In this document: in pieces, positions 48,063-60,083 of the stretch
Position numbering within the stretch: position 1 is the first letter of the stretch
Layout: each line of letters opens with the position of its first letter
NCBI GenBank assembly: GCA_963735595.1
Contig: CAVTLK010000001.1
Location: 480,001 to 544,000, forward strand
DNA from: an uncultured delta proteobacterium
GTDB lineage: Bacteria > Desulfobacterota > Zymogenia > Zymogenales > Zymogenaceae
Direction of reading: 5' to 3'
DNA length: 64,000 bases
The notes under the pieces: generated by a model
What the model was told of the DNA's origin: nothing
The model's database searches: none
The model's input: only the letters and a program-made list of their open reading frames with translations
Made by a program: the position numbers and the translations under genes

Positions 48063-48388
48063 AGCGTTTCATTGTATCCGAATGTGGGATCAATGTAAAT
48101 AGAATTCTCCCTGACCGAGTGCGATTGCTATGGCACTCTTCCTGACGTAAAGCGGTTTGGAAGCAAGAAGGATACACTCGGTCGAGAGGGTAGTCAATAA
48201 GACCCCGAAAAAGGTTATGCCAATCGGCCCGCGGCAGCCATCCGGGCCGCACACATCTCTCATCGGTACCCGCTGTCTCGACGGATCGGCATATCGAAAG
48301 CCCCGACGAATGTGTCGGGTAATTACGGTCCGGGGCTGGAGGGGTAATATCGCCAGTCCCGCCGCCGGTCGTCACGCGTGCCCGTATC

Positions 48389-48799
48389 CTACTCGATATG
48401 GACTTCCATCGCCCTGGGCGGACACGCCGAAACGCAGAGCTCACAGCCGCTGCACATATTCGGACGCAAAAGATAACTTCCATCGTTTCTCGATTTATTG
48501 ACAGCGCCCCTGTCGGACAGATCGCCGTACAGGCTCCGCAGTGCGTACATTTCTCTTCGTCCCGTTCTGATGTCCTGCTCGATCGACTCAATCGTTACGC
48601 CGCACTCTTTCAGGTATTCGATACCGTCTCTGCAGTCGCCATCGGAACCCTCGATCTCCAGGACCATAAAGCTCTCGCGCTTTGGAAGCACATTGGCCTT
48701 GAGGATATTAAGGATCAGGTTGAAATCCTTGATCAGCCGATAGATAATCGGTTTATCCCAGATTTCCCGCGAAAAATGGAGCACAATCTTTCTTTTCAT
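48389..48799 (-). CDS. NIL-domain 2x[4Fe-4S] ferredoxin (two indels)
   Basis: KPIIYRLIKDFNL..NILKA; CTHCGACTAICP and CSGCELCVSACP. Confidence 0.85.
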   Translation of the reverse strand: MKRKIVLHFSREIWDKPIIYRLIKDFNLILNILKANVLPKRESFMVLEIEGSDGDCRDGIEYLKECGVTIESIEQDIRTGRREMYALRSLYGDLSDRGAVNKSRNDGSYLLRPNMCSGCELCVSACPPRAMEVHIE

Positions 48800-48949
48800 C
48801 TGATTCCCGTACGAAGCTAAGTCTTTTATTATACTATAACAGGACAGCCACGGCAAGGGATTACGTTACACGAGATAATTGAAAAAAGGGTTTTCGACGC
48901 CCGACAAATGTGTTATAATTCGCGCCATCCTATATAACTCGGTGGTAAG

Positions 48950-49402
48950 ATGAATCGGAGTATCGTATTCGTTTCTATCCTACTGGTCCTGGCTTTCGGC
49001 TGCATAAACGCCGCAGCCGCGGGCATCGTCCAGAAGATCGTTACTGTTTCCATCCCTAAGGATTATCGATCGGCGGAGGCCTATAAGGTCGAATTCGTGA
49101 TCCCCGAGGGAGCAATGGCATTTAACTTCACGCTCTGGGGAGTTAACAGGAACTGGGGAATTGTTGACATCTCGGGCGGCGCGAATAAGGACGTCTATTC
49201 ATCCGCCGGCGAGGGGGCGTATGGTGATGGACACGCCACCGATACGGAGTCTTCAGAGCGGGTTACCGATCCGCCGCCCGAAACGGGCACGGCCGACCCC
49301 CTGTCCAGGCTTACACTTCTTCCGGGTACCTATATCGTCTGGATGGAGGGAAATCCCGGGGCCAGTATGACGCTCCAATATAACCTCAAGACGCCACGCT
49401 GA
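48950..49402 (+). CDS. Exported hypothetical protein
   Basis: Signal peptide MNRSIVFVSILLVLAFGCINAAAA; extended -10 TGTTATAAT at 48911-48919. Confidence 0.7.
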   Translation: MNRSIVFVSILLVLAFGCINAAAAGIVQKIVTVSIPKDYRSAEAYKVEFVIPEGAMAFNFTLWGVNRNWGIVDISGGANKDVYSSAGEGAYGDGHATDTESSERVTDPPPETGTADPLSRLTLLPGTYIVWMEGNPGASMTLQYNLKTPR

Positions 49403-49921
49403 TCACTGATACTTCTTCATTGCCTCTACTACTTCGGGAAGGGTGAATCGTTCCTTGCCCGATAGGTAGCGGCGCGAAAGCTCGAAATAGACCAGCGCCG
49501 ATTGCATGATGACGTTCCTATCCGCCTTCCCTTCCCGTATGACTGCGGGGACCCCCAGCACAAGGGAGCCGTCCGGTATCTGCATCCCCGGTGGCACTAC
49601 GCATCCCCCCGCGATGATACAGTTGTCGCCTACCCGTGCGTTATCCAGAACCGTGCTGTTCATACCGACGATGACGTTATTGCCGATCGTACAGCCGTGA
49701 AGCACCGCACAGTGTCCCACCGTCACGTAGTTGCCGACATTCGTCTTCAGGGCCGGCGTGGCATGAAGCACCGCGTTGTCCTGGATGCTCGAATAATCGC
49801 CGACGGCTATTGCGTTGAAATCCCCCCGTATAACGGCCCCCGGCCAGATGCTTGAGTTGTCGCCGATAGTCACGTCGCCGATGATGACCGCTGTTTTGTG
49901 TATAAAGGTCGTATTATTCAT
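49403..49921 (-). CDS. Gamma carbonic anhydrase family protein
   Basis: Hexapeptide repeats, RGD, IQDN..LH, GH..VLHG. Confidence 0.9.
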   Translation of the reverse strand: MNNTTFIHKTAVIIGDVTIGDNSSIWPGAVIRGDFNAIAVGDYSSIQDNAVLHATPALKTNVGNYVTVGHCAVLHGCTIGNNVIVGMNSTVLDNARVGDNCIIAGGCVVPPGMQIPDGSLVLGVPAVIREGKADRNVIMQSALVYFELSRRYLSGKERFTLPEVVEAMKKYQ

Positions 49922-50840
49922 TATCGTCTCGCCCAATACTGCCTCGAATATCATCAAGCACTGCGATTCCGTTTTCGTTCATGAAAGATTCTATCCCGTC
50001 GATCACACCGACCATCGCCGCCGGGTCAACGAAGTTTGCCGTGCCGACCTGGACGGCCCGTGCGCCGGCCATGAGAAACTCCACGGCGTCCTGCCCGGTC
50101 ATGATCCCCCCAATTCCGATGACCGGAATTTCGAGGACCTGGGCCGCCTCCCAGACCAGGCGGAGCGCCACCGGCTTGATCGCCGGGCCCGAGAGCCCCG
50201 CCCTGCCCTTCTTGAAAAACGGCCTTCTGGCCTTCACGTCAATGGCCATTCCCATAAGCGTGTTGATGAGGGAGACGGCGTCTGCGCCGGCGTCCTGGGC
50301 CGCTTGGGCCACGGGCCTGATATCGGTGACGTTGGGGGTGAGTTTTGCGATGGTCGGCTTCATGGACGCGCCCTTGACCTCGCGCACGACGGTTTGTACC
50401 AACGCAGGATCAGTGCCGAAGGCCAGCCCCCCCTTGTCCACGTTGGGGCATGAGAGGTTCACCTCGAGAGCGGCCACACCCTCGACGCCGAGGAAGCATT
50501 CGGCGGTACGCGTATACTCCTCTATCGACTCGCCGTAGACATTGACGATGACCCGCGTATCATAGTTCCTCAGCTCGGGCAGGACTTCCCGGATGAAGCG
50601 GTGCGCTCCGATGTTCTGGACGCCGATGGAGTTGAGCAGCCCCGAGGCTGTTTCAAACAGACGCGGGGGGTCGTTTCCCTGCCTCGGCTCGATGGAGATC
50701 CCCTTGGTAACCACGGCCCCGATTCGATCGAGGTCGATATACTCGGCGATCTCGACGCCATACCCGACGGTGCCCGAGGCGCCCATGACCGGGTTCTTGA
50801 ACGTCACGCCGAACATCTCCACCGAAAGGTCCGGTTTCAT
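49914..50840 (-). CDS. pyrD: Dihydroorotate dehydrogenase (class 1B) catalytic subunit
   Basis: ASGT, NLSCPN, KLTPNVTD, GLSGPAIKP. Confidence 0.95.
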   Translation of the reverse strand: MKPDLSVEMFGVTFKNPVMGASGTVGYGVEIAEYIDLDRIGAVVTKGISIEPRQGNDPPRLFETASGLLNSIGVQNIGAHRFIREVLPELRNYDTRVIVNVYGESIEEYTRTAECFLGVEGVAALEVNLSCPNVDKGGLAFGTDPALVQTVVREVKGASMKPTIAKLTPNVTDIRPVAQAAQDAGADAVSLINTLMGMAIDVKARRPFFKKGRAGLSGPAIKPVALRLVWEAAQVLEIPVIGIGGIMTGQDAVEFLMAGARAVQVGTANFVDPAAMVGVIDGIESFMNENGIAVLDDIRGSIGRDDNE

Positions 50841-51598
50841 AGGCTGTCCCAGTCGATATCGGTTACGTTAAACACCGGGCCGTCTTTGCAGACGTGGACG
50901 TACCGGCCGTCCGTATGGCGCACCGCGCAACCGAGGCAGACCCCGATCCCGCAGGCCATCCGCTCTTCAAACGAGACATAGGCCTCGAATCCGACTTCGG
51001 CCGACAGACGCGCGATTTCGGCCAGCATTCCGTTCGGGCCGCAGGCATAGACGAGATCGCCCTTCCCGACGTGCGTGGCCAGCTCCGAGACCGCCGTCCC
51101 CCTTTCTCCGTGGCTCCCGTCTTCGGTCACCCAGACCGTTTCGATACCCAGTCCTCGCGTCTCATCGGAAATAAAGAGCACATCATTACGGGTCTTCCCG
51201 CCGATAACCAAGAGCGGCCGCGCATCCATCGATTCCGCGAGGGCTACCAGCGGAGGCGCCCCGATCCCGCCGGCTACCAGGATGACCCTCCGCTTTCCGT
51301 CCGGCCGCGGGAACGGTTTACCAAGCGGTCCGGTGACGTCAATGGTCAGACCCGCCTTCATCTCCGATAGCCTGCGGGTCCCCTTTCCCGTAATCCGGTA
51401 GATAATCCGGACTTGGCCGTCCTCGGGGTGGAGCCGGCAGATAGACAGCGGCCTTGCCAGTAGCGGGTCCGTCCCCCAGTCACCCCGAACCATGAGAAAC
51501 TGCCCCGGTTCCCCCCCGAAGGCATCCCCCATCCCCGAGAGCGTCATTGAGAAATAGAGGGGAACAAGCTCCCTATTCTGCTTAATTGTCGCCTTCAT
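50837..51598 (-). CDS. pyrK: Dihydroorotate dehydrogenase electron transfer subunit
   Basis: RPLSI, AGGIG, ACGP, MACGIGVCLGC, CKDGPVF. Confidence 0.93.
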   Translation of the reverse strand: MKATIKQNRELVPLYFSMTLSGMGDAFGGEPGQFLMVRGDWGTDPLLARPLSICRLHPEDGQVRIIYRITGKGTRRLSEMKAGLTIDVTGPLGKPFPRPDGKRRVILVAGGIGAPPLVALAESMDARPLLVIGGKTRNDVLFISDETRGLGIETVWVTEDGSHGERGTAVSELATHVGKGDLVYACGPNGMLAEIARLSAEVGFEAYVSFEERMACGIGVCLGCAVRHTDGRYVHVCKDGPVFNVTDIDWDSL

Positions 51599-53804
51599 AG
51601 ACCGCCCGATAGATGCTCTCGGTGTTGAGTATCCGCTTGACGTACGCCCTCGTCTCGGAAAACGGGATAGCCTCGATAAACTCATCCATCTCCGTCTCCG
51701 GGTCCCGGTTCTTGATCCACTTGCGCGCGTTTCCCGGACCGGCATTATAGCCGCAGAGGGCATAGACCTTTTCCCCGTCGAAATCGGTCATGAGCCCCGA
51801 CAGGTAGTATATTCCGAACCTGACGTTGGTTCGATAGTCTTTCAGGTCATCGACCGCAAAGTCGGCAACGCCCAACTCCGCGGCGATTGACTTACCGGTC
51901 GCCGGCATGATCTGCATGAGGCCGACGGCCCCGGCCCATGAAATTACCCGCGGCTGGAACAGGCTCTCTTCCCTGATGACGGAGTAGACAAAGGAGGTCT
52001 CGATACCGAATTCCTTGGCAAACCGCTCGACCTCTTTCCTGTATCCCTCGGGGTATCTCATTTGCCAGTAGACATCGTTTATACCCGGCTGATAGCCGGA
52101 GAAGAAATGCGAGAAGTGCCTGGCGGCCATGAGAATCGGCGTGTAGTAATCCCCGGAGTATCGTAACAGGCGCGCCACTTCGATCAAGAGATCGGGATCG
52201 CCCACGCACCGGTCAACCACCAGCTCGATCTCGGTCGCCGCATCGGCGTCCATGTTCATGGTCATGAGCTCCAGCGCCCTGGTAAGGTGGGAGGTTATCC
52301 GCACGTCCGAGGTAAAGGCGTCGTACCGGCCGAAGTCCTTTGTCCAGAACCCTTCGTCGAATGTCTCCTTTTTGGCGACCCTTTCCACGTGTATGCCCAG
52401 CGCCTCGAGCCGCCGCTCGGCCTGATAGCTGTAATACGTGGTAATATAGTTTTTACGGATCGTCTTGAAGATATCGATTGCCTCCGGCGTCCTCCCCGTC
52501 TTTTCCATCGTCCGCGCCTTCCAGTAGAGGTACTGCGGATAGTCGGACTTATCCCGGTAGTTCCTGGCCATCCGGTCAAAGTACTCCCCGGCGCGGGCGT
52601 AGTCCTTCTTCGTGTAGTAGAGCCATCCGATGTACCAGAGGACGCTTTTGACCTCTTCGCCTCGGGAATAGGTGGCAAGATAGGTCTCGTAGTATCGTAT
52701 CGCCTCGTCGTATCGCTTCATCTCCTCCAGCGTCCGCGCCGCCAGGTACAGCGAGTCATCGGCAAGGGAATCGGTCGGGTATGTGCGAAAAACGTCAAGG
52801 TAATAGCCGACGGCGGTATCGTCTTTCTCGAGCCGATCGTAGGTACGCGCGCGCCAGTACAACAGCTCGGCCGCCGGAATGGCGCCGCGGTTGGCGATGA
52901 GGGCCTCGAACAGCGCCCGGGCGCTCTCATAACGGGACGATCTGAAGTACGCCTTCGCCTTGAGGTACTCGATTTCCCGGGCGACGTTCGCGGGAAGGGC
53001 CGCTCCGTTGGTTTTCAGGAGGGCCGGTAATTGAGCCGCGGCCGCGATAACGCCGTCGTAGTCGCCGGCGGCGTAGAGATTATCGAGCCGTTTCTTTAGC
53101 TCGGCGAGTGTCAGGCCCTCCGTCGTTCCCAGGCGGTTTATACCAACGAATGCGTCGGCCGCGGCTGCGCTTGCCGGGTAGTTGACCCATACCTGTTTGT
53201 AAATCGCCAGGGCTTCGTTCTTCTTGCCCGACTCTTCCATGGCCTTACCCTTCAGGAACAGAATCGTCGGGTAGTTATCGGACTTCTTATTCTCGGACAG
53301 GAAAGCATCGTAGACCGACAGGGCCTTTTCGTAATTGCCCATTTTTGCATGGTAGTCACCGATCATGACGCTTGCGTCGGCAAACCAGATACTGTCCGGA
53401 TAAGACTCCATAAGACGCTCCGCCGTTGAAAAGGCCGCCACGGTATCGCCGCCGAGGAAATAGGCCCGGGAGAGGCGATACAGGACGTGATCTTCCAGTT
53501 TCCTGTAATGATCCCGACAGAATTCGAAATACTTTTGGGCGGCCTCATAATCTTTGCTGTACATCGCGGCCATACCCGCCATAAAGGCGATCTTGTCCGC
53601 CTGGTCTGAGGGCAGCGAAGACAGGTCCAGGGAATCGACCTCCTTCAGGAGCGTCTGGTAGTCGCCGGACGACATGAGCGCCGTACACGCCAGAAACTCG
53701 TCACCCGGCGCGAACCGCGGAATTTTTATGGCGCAGGCGAACTGAAAGAGGATAAAGAGGACGAGGTACCCTGCGATTACCAGCACGTAATGGATTTTTT
53801 TCAT
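51582..53804 (-). CDS. TPR-containing soluble lytic transglycosylase (Slt-like)
   Basis: TPR repeats; IREESLF, GLMQIMP, YNAGPG, ETRAYVKR. Confidence 0.9.
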   Translation of the reverse strand: MKKIHYVLVIAGYLVLFILFQFACAIKIPRFAPGDEFLACTALMSSGDYQTLLKEVDSLDLSSLPSDQADKIAFMAGMAAMYSKDYEAAQKYFEFCRDHYRKLEDHVLYRLSRAYFLGGDTVAAFSTAERLMESYPDSIWFADASVMIGDYHAKMGNYEKALSVYDAFLSENKKSDNYPTILFLKGKAMEESGKKNEALAIYKQVWVNYPASAAAADAFVGINRLGTTEGLTLAELKKRLDNLYAAGDYDGVIAAAAQLPALLKTNGAALPANVAREIEYLKAKAYFRSSRYESARALFEALIANRGAIPAAELLYWRARTYDRLEKDDTAVGYYLDVFRTYPTDSLADDSLYLAARTLEEMKRYDEAIRYYETYLATYSRGEEVKSVLWYIGWLYYTKKDYARAGEYFDRMARNYRDKSDYPQYLYWKARTMEKTGRTPEAIDIFKTIRKNYITTYYSYQAERRLEALGIHVERVAKKETFDEGFWTKDFGRYDAFTSDVRITSHLTRALELMTMNMDADAATEIELVVDRCVGDPDLLIEVARLLRYSGDYYTPILMAARHFSHFFSGYQPGINDVYWQMRYPEGYRKEVERFAKEFGIETSFVYSVIREESLFQPRVISWAGAVGLMQIMPATGKSIAAELGVADFAVDDLKDYRTNVRFGIYYLSGLMTDFDGEKVYALCGYNAGPGNARKWIKNRDPETEMDEFIEAIPFSETRAYVKRILNTESIYRAVYEGDN

Positions 53805-54487
53805 TGTTTTGTATGCGATTCCTTTCTGAGCCGGTTGACCAGCATATGCGCCCGTCTGACCGGCTCCGGTATACGATACCGGGTCGTGCATGCAAGAACA
53901 AGCTTGACGGCGGATTTTGCCGAGATCAAATGCCCGGGAGACACGAAGATCGGCTTGGTCCCCTCCTTCGACCTGACCACATATCCGACGTTTCGGCTGT
54001 TATAAATGAGCGCGGTATCGCTGCCCCGTTCGCTCCCGACATCCCCGTATTCGCCCACCAGCCGGGTTTTGGCCGATCCCACGGTCGGGATACCGAGCAG
54101 GATCCCCATATGGGCGGCAAGCCCCAACCCCCTCGGATGGGCGATCCCCTGACCGTCGAAGATGACCGCGTCCGGCACGGTGGAGAGCTTCTCGAAGGCG
54201 GCCAGCATTACCGGCCCCTCCCTGAACGAGAGAAACCCCGGGACATACGGAAACGAGACCGGGCCGATGTGATGCGCCTCTTCGATGATCTCAAGCGTCC
54301 CGGCGTCCATCAGGACGACGCCCGCAAAGAAAGTCAGCCCGCGCCTTTCGTACGAAACATCGGCCCCGGCTACGATCCTGATCCTCCGGGTGTCTCCTGA
54401 AAGCACCAGCTCATCCCTGAGCCGTTGCTGCCATCCGACGGCTTCCTGATAGGATATATCCCAGGGGTGGCGGTAATGAACGATCAC
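53801..54487 (-). CDS. nfi: Endonuclease V
   Basis: GADVSY, FPYVPGFLSFRE, DGQGIAHPR, SPGH, RIPEP. Confidence 0.95.
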   Translation of the reverse strand: MIVHYRHPWDISYQEAVGWQQRLRDELVLSGDTRRIRIVAGADVSYERRGLTFFAGVVLMDAGTLEIIEEAHHIGPVSFPYVPGFLSFREGPVMLAAFEKLSTVPDAVIFDGQGIAHPRGLGLAAHMGILLGIPTVGSAKTRLVGEYGDVGSERGSDTALIYNSRNVGYVVRSKEGTKPIFVSPGHLISAKSAVKLVLACTTRYRIPEPVRRAHMLVNRLRKESHTKQ

Positions 54488-55281
54488 GAGAGCACCTTTA
54501 CCCGGTCTCCCGCGCGGGCCCCGATTTGTCGCGCGGCGCTGCCGAGGTTGACGGCAATCTCCAGAAAGCCCGTGCTCGCCGCCAGCGCGATTACCTCTCC
54601 CCGTTTCCCTCCACTATAGCTCGTATGTAGCCGATTGATTCTCACATCGCCGAGCGCTATTTCCCGCATCCCGCGCGTATCCTGGGCGCGGATATTTGTC
54701 GTGAGGTTACCGAAGCGGTCTATGTATAGGATCTCCCCTAGGATTAAGCCGTCGCTCACCTCGGGGCGAGGAAAGGGGATCAAAACGGGGTCGTCGACGA
54801 CAGGGCCCAGGGCCTCAATCGGGACGCCGGCCGACAGGTGCGCCGCCACCGGCGCGAAGATGTCCCTCCCGTGGAACGTGGCCGAGACCATCTGCCCGAT
54901 ATACTCCGATCGGGTGATCTGCCTGGTCATCACGGGCCCGATATGATGGAAGGCCCAGGAAAGGACCCCGTTATCAGGGCCGACCAGGAAGTACTCCCCT
55001 GCCCGTATCGCAATTGCCCGGCGGTCCCCGCCGACCCCGGGGTCAACGACAACGGTGTGTACGGTCCCCGTCGGAAAATGGGGTGCGCTGATAGAGAGTA
55101 TAAACGCCGCCTCCCTGATATTCTGGGGGGCTACCTCGTGGCTCAGGTCGATGACAACCGCGTCGGGGTTGATCCCGGCGATAATCCCTTTCATTATACC
55201 CGAGAAAGGGTCCCTGTGCCCGAAGTCCGTTGTCAGCGTAATTATCGGCCGATGGCTTCTCACCCGGCGCCCCCCATGCAC
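54484..55281 (-). CDS. SAM hydroxide adenosyltransferase / chlorinase-fluorinase family (DUF62)
   Basis: LTTDFG, VVDPGVG, GPDNG, TFHGRDIFAP, IDRFGN. Confidence 0.92.
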   Translation of the reverse strand: MHGGRRVRSHRPIITLTTDFGHRDPFSGIMKGIIAGINPDAVVIDLSHEVAPQNIREAAFILSISAPHFPTGTVHTVVVDPGVGGDRRAIAIRAGEYFLVGPDNGVLSWAFHHIGPVMTRQITRSEYIGQMVSATFHGRDIFAPVAAHLSAGVPIEALGPVVDDPVLIPFPRPEVSDGLILGEILYIDRFGNLTTNIRAQDTRGMREIALGDVRINRLHTSYSGGKRGEVIALAASTGFLEIAVNLGSAARQIGARAGDRVKVLS

Positions 55282-55336
55282 CGTATAAAGGGTATCATAC
55301 CGTTCGCGGCCAAGTCAAGGGGGCGAAAAGAAATAG

Positions 55337-57383
<2,047 letters not shown>

Positions 57384-57387
<4 letters not shown>

Positions 57388-57662
57388 GCGATACGGTGCG
57401 TGCGCACATCCGGATTACAGGACGGGTGCAGGGTGTCTTTTTCAGGCAGACGACGGCCCGGGAGGCGGACCTCATCGGCGTTACCGGCTGGGTCAGGAAC
57501 CTGCCCAATGGAGACGTCGAGGCGGTGGTCGAAGGAGATTCGGAAAGGGTCGATCGGCTGATCGCCTGGTGCCACCACGGTCCTCCGGCGGCTCGGGTGG
57601 ACGGCGTATCCGTCTCGTGGGAGACGGTCACCGCGGAGTTTACCCGTTTTTCGATTACATAG
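57384..57662 (+). CDS. acyP: Acylphosphatase
   Basis: [21 protein letters not shown]. Confidence 0.93.
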
Positions 57663-57783
57663 TGGCCGGCCCGGTATGGAGGAATGTACCGCCGGTATCC
57701 GACTGGTCCCGGAACTTATTCTCCGGGATACCGATCGTACGCATTCTCGTAGTGCCGACGGATCGTAATGTCTCGGTTGACCG

Positions 57784-58782
57784 ATGTCTATGAAAGAAGC
57801 CCTATTCTATGAGAAGCTCACCGATCGGCAAGTCCTCTGCCGTCTCTGCCCCCACGAGTGCCGGATTGCCGAGGGAAAGCGCGGGATCTGCGGCGTCAGG
57901 GAAAACCGGGACGGCACGCTGATCGCTCTCAGCTACGGACACCCGGCCTCCGTCCAGATGGACCCGATCGAGAAGAAACCGCTCTACCATGTGTATCCCG
58001 GTTCCCAAATCCTTTCTCTCGGCGGCGTCGGCTGCAATTTGTCCTGCGGCTTCTGCCAGAACTGGTCGCTCGTGGAGAGCCCGATACCGCGCGCGGTCGT
58101 CACCCCCGACCAGATACCCGATCTCGCGCGAAAACAGGGCGCCGTCGGTGTGGCGTGGACCTACAATGAGCCTTTCATCTGGTACGAGTATATTATGGAC
58201 GCGGGGCGGCGCGTCAAAGAGGCCGGTCTCATCAACGTGCTGGTCACCAACGGGTACGTGAATCCCGAACCGCTCGAAGAGATGCGCGGCCTCATCGACG
58301 CAATGAACATCGACCTCAAGGCGATCGATGATTCGTTCTACCGGAAAAACTGCAAAGGCCGCCTCGATCCGGTACTTGAGACGATCCGCATCGCAGACTC
58401 GATGTGCCTCGTGGAAGTCACCAACCTCATTATTCCAGGGCAGAACGATTCCCCCGACGCTATAGGTCGTCTCGTCGATTTCATCGCCTCCGTCAACAGG
58501 GACATCCCCCTTCATTTCTCCCGATATTTCCCCCACCGGTCGTTCGACGCGCCGCCGACACCCGAGGATACCCTGACCCGCGCATTTCAGGCCGCTCGGG
58601 AGCGTCTTTCGTACGTCTACCTCGGAAACGTAACGCTTGAGAATGGAAATGACACGCGCTGCCCGCGGTGCGGCGCCCAGATGGTGTCTCGACGCGGGTA
58701 TCATACGCAGGTTATTGGGATGACGGGCAACACCTGTTCGGCCTGTAACACTGCCCTTAATTTCTTAAGTCAGGAAAAGTAA
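57784..58782 (+). CDS. amrS: AmmeMemoRadiSam system radical SAM enzyme
   Basis: CRLCPHEC...C, DPIEKKPLYH, CNLSCGFCQNW, TYNEP, HFSRYFP, C-terminal CPRC/CSAC. Confidence 0.9.
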   Translation: MSMKEALFYEKLTDRQVLCRLCPHECRIAEGKRGICGVRENRDGTLIALSYGHPASVQMDPIEKKPLYHVYPGSQILSLGGVGCNLSCGFCQNWSLVESPIPRAVVTPDQIPDLARKQGAVGVAWTYNEPFIWYEYIMDAGRRVKEAGLINVLVTNGYVNPEPLEEMRGLIDAMNIDLKAIDDSFYRKNCKGRLDPVLETIRIADSMCLVEVTNLIIPGQNDSPDAIGRLVDFIASVNRDIPLHFSRYFPHRSFDAPPTPEDTLTRAFQAARERLSYVYLGNVTLENGNDTRCPRCGAQMVSRRGYHTQVIGMTGNTCSACNTALNFLSQEK

Positions 58783-59393
58783 TGAAAAAGCTCATTTTTA
58801 TTGCGGCGGTTATCGGGTTATTGATCAGTTGCGCACCCTATCGGGAGGAGACGAGGCCTGCGGCATTTATCCCCCGGTTCTCGGAGGAGTATATCCCCAA
58901 GGGCTACGAATTCGAGGGTAATACCGTTTCGTGTAAGGTCCTCAATTCATTTGTAAAAATCAAGTATTTGGAGCCGTCCGATATCGATCTCTTCTTTCTG
59001 AAACACAATCTATCAAATCCCTTCTTAGCCTCGCCGATCCTGAAGGATAACCTGACCATCTTTCTGGTGACCTTCGTGAATAATGAGGAAATGACGATTC
59101 GATTTAACCCGAGGAGGGCCTCTATCTATGTCGATGGGAGCTATTATCGGGGCTCTTTGGATTATACGGAAGTCATGATCGCCTTCGAAAAATTCTCGCC
59201 CGGCAGCGACAGCACCCAGTTCAAAAAGGCGATGTACGACCTGGACATGGACATCGGCCCGGGCAAATCGGTCGAGGGGCTCCTGTTTTTTCCCTTTCTT
59301 CCCAAGGGATCAAAGGACATCGTCGTCATGATTTCCGGCGTCCTGGTTCGCGATCAGACTTTCGACGTACCTTTTGAGTTTGAAGAGAAATAA
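58782..59393 (+). CDS. Hypothetical lipoprotein
   Basis: MKKLIFIAAVIGLLISC lipobox; start overlaps the amrS stop. Confidence 0.75.
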   Translation: MKKLIFIAAVIGLLISCAPYREETRPAAFIPRFSEEYIPKGYEFEGNTVSCKVLNSFVKIKYLEPSDIDLFFLKHNLSNPFLASPILKDNLTIFLVTFVNNEEMTIRFNPRRASIYVDGSYYRGSLDYTEVMIAFEKFSPGSDSTQFKKAMYDLDMDIGPGKSVEGLLFFPFLPKGSKDIVVMISGVLVRDQTFDVPFEFEEK

Positions 59394-59397
59394 TCTG

Positions 59398-59426
59398 TTG
59401 ACAAGGTATACCGGTAGTGGTAACGT
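59398..59426 (+). promoter_or_regulatory. Putative sigma70 promoter
   Basis: TTGACA-17nt-TAACGT with extended TG. Confidence 0.5.
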
Positions 59427-59478
59427 GTCGAAGGTTGGATAACATGGGGTATTTTTTTCTTAGCTCGGGAGTACTTCA

Positions 59479-59976
59479 ATGATATCAGAAAAGCTGGTAA
59501 AGCTCATCGAGGACAATGCCGACGAACTGACGAAATCATGGCTGCGCGACGTACGCGAGAATCCCACCACACCCACGTATCAGACTTTCCCGGAAGAAAA
59601 ACTCTATCAACGAGCCCACTTCGTCTATAGTCAGCTCGGCCACTGGATATCGAGAGAGACCGGCAAAGGTGAAGTCCGCGGATATTACATGAAGCTGGGT
59701 GAGGAACGTTTCAACGAAGGATTTGCCCTCTACGAAGTCGTCAGCGCCATCATCCTTCTCAAGCGCCACCTATGGCTTCACATCCTGTCCGACGGGCAGC
59801 TCTCCACCGCCTTTGAGTTGTATCAGTCCCTTGAGCTCAACAACCGGGTCGTCCTCTTTTTCGACCGGGCGGTCTACTACGCCATCATCGGGTACGAAGA
59901 CGCCTTTCGAAAGAAAACGGCCAAGGAAAAGGGGTTGTTCGGTAAGATCTTCGGCGGTAAAAAGAAGAAGAAGTGA
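59479..59976 (+). CDS. Stand-alone RsbRD_N / globin-like sensor-domain protein
   Basis: IE.NA.EL...W, LG.ERF.EG..L.EV..A..LL.RHLW, FFDRA.YY...GY pattern. Confidence 0.7.
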   Translation: MISEKLVKLIEDNADELTKSWLRDVRENPTTPTYQTFPEEKLYQRAHFVYSQLGHWISRETGKGEVRGYYMKLGEERFNEGFALYEVVSAIILLKRHLWLHILSDGQLSTAFELYQSLELNNRVVLFFDRAVYYAIIGYEDAFRKKTAKEKGLFGKIFGGKKKKK

Positions 59977-60083
59977 TCACCTGCCGCGTCCGGTGTTTCG
60001 TTAACCATGATCTGCGGCCGGTGCCTTTTTGATGCAGCGGAAACTCCGATATGGGAAAGACCAGGCTCTTTCCCGTATCGGAG

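Noticed and set aside
54484..55281. True fluorinase/chlorinase of a halometabolite pathway
   Set aside because: Has the TFHGRD motif typical of DUF62 hydrolases and sits among housekeeping genes with no biosynthetic cluster.
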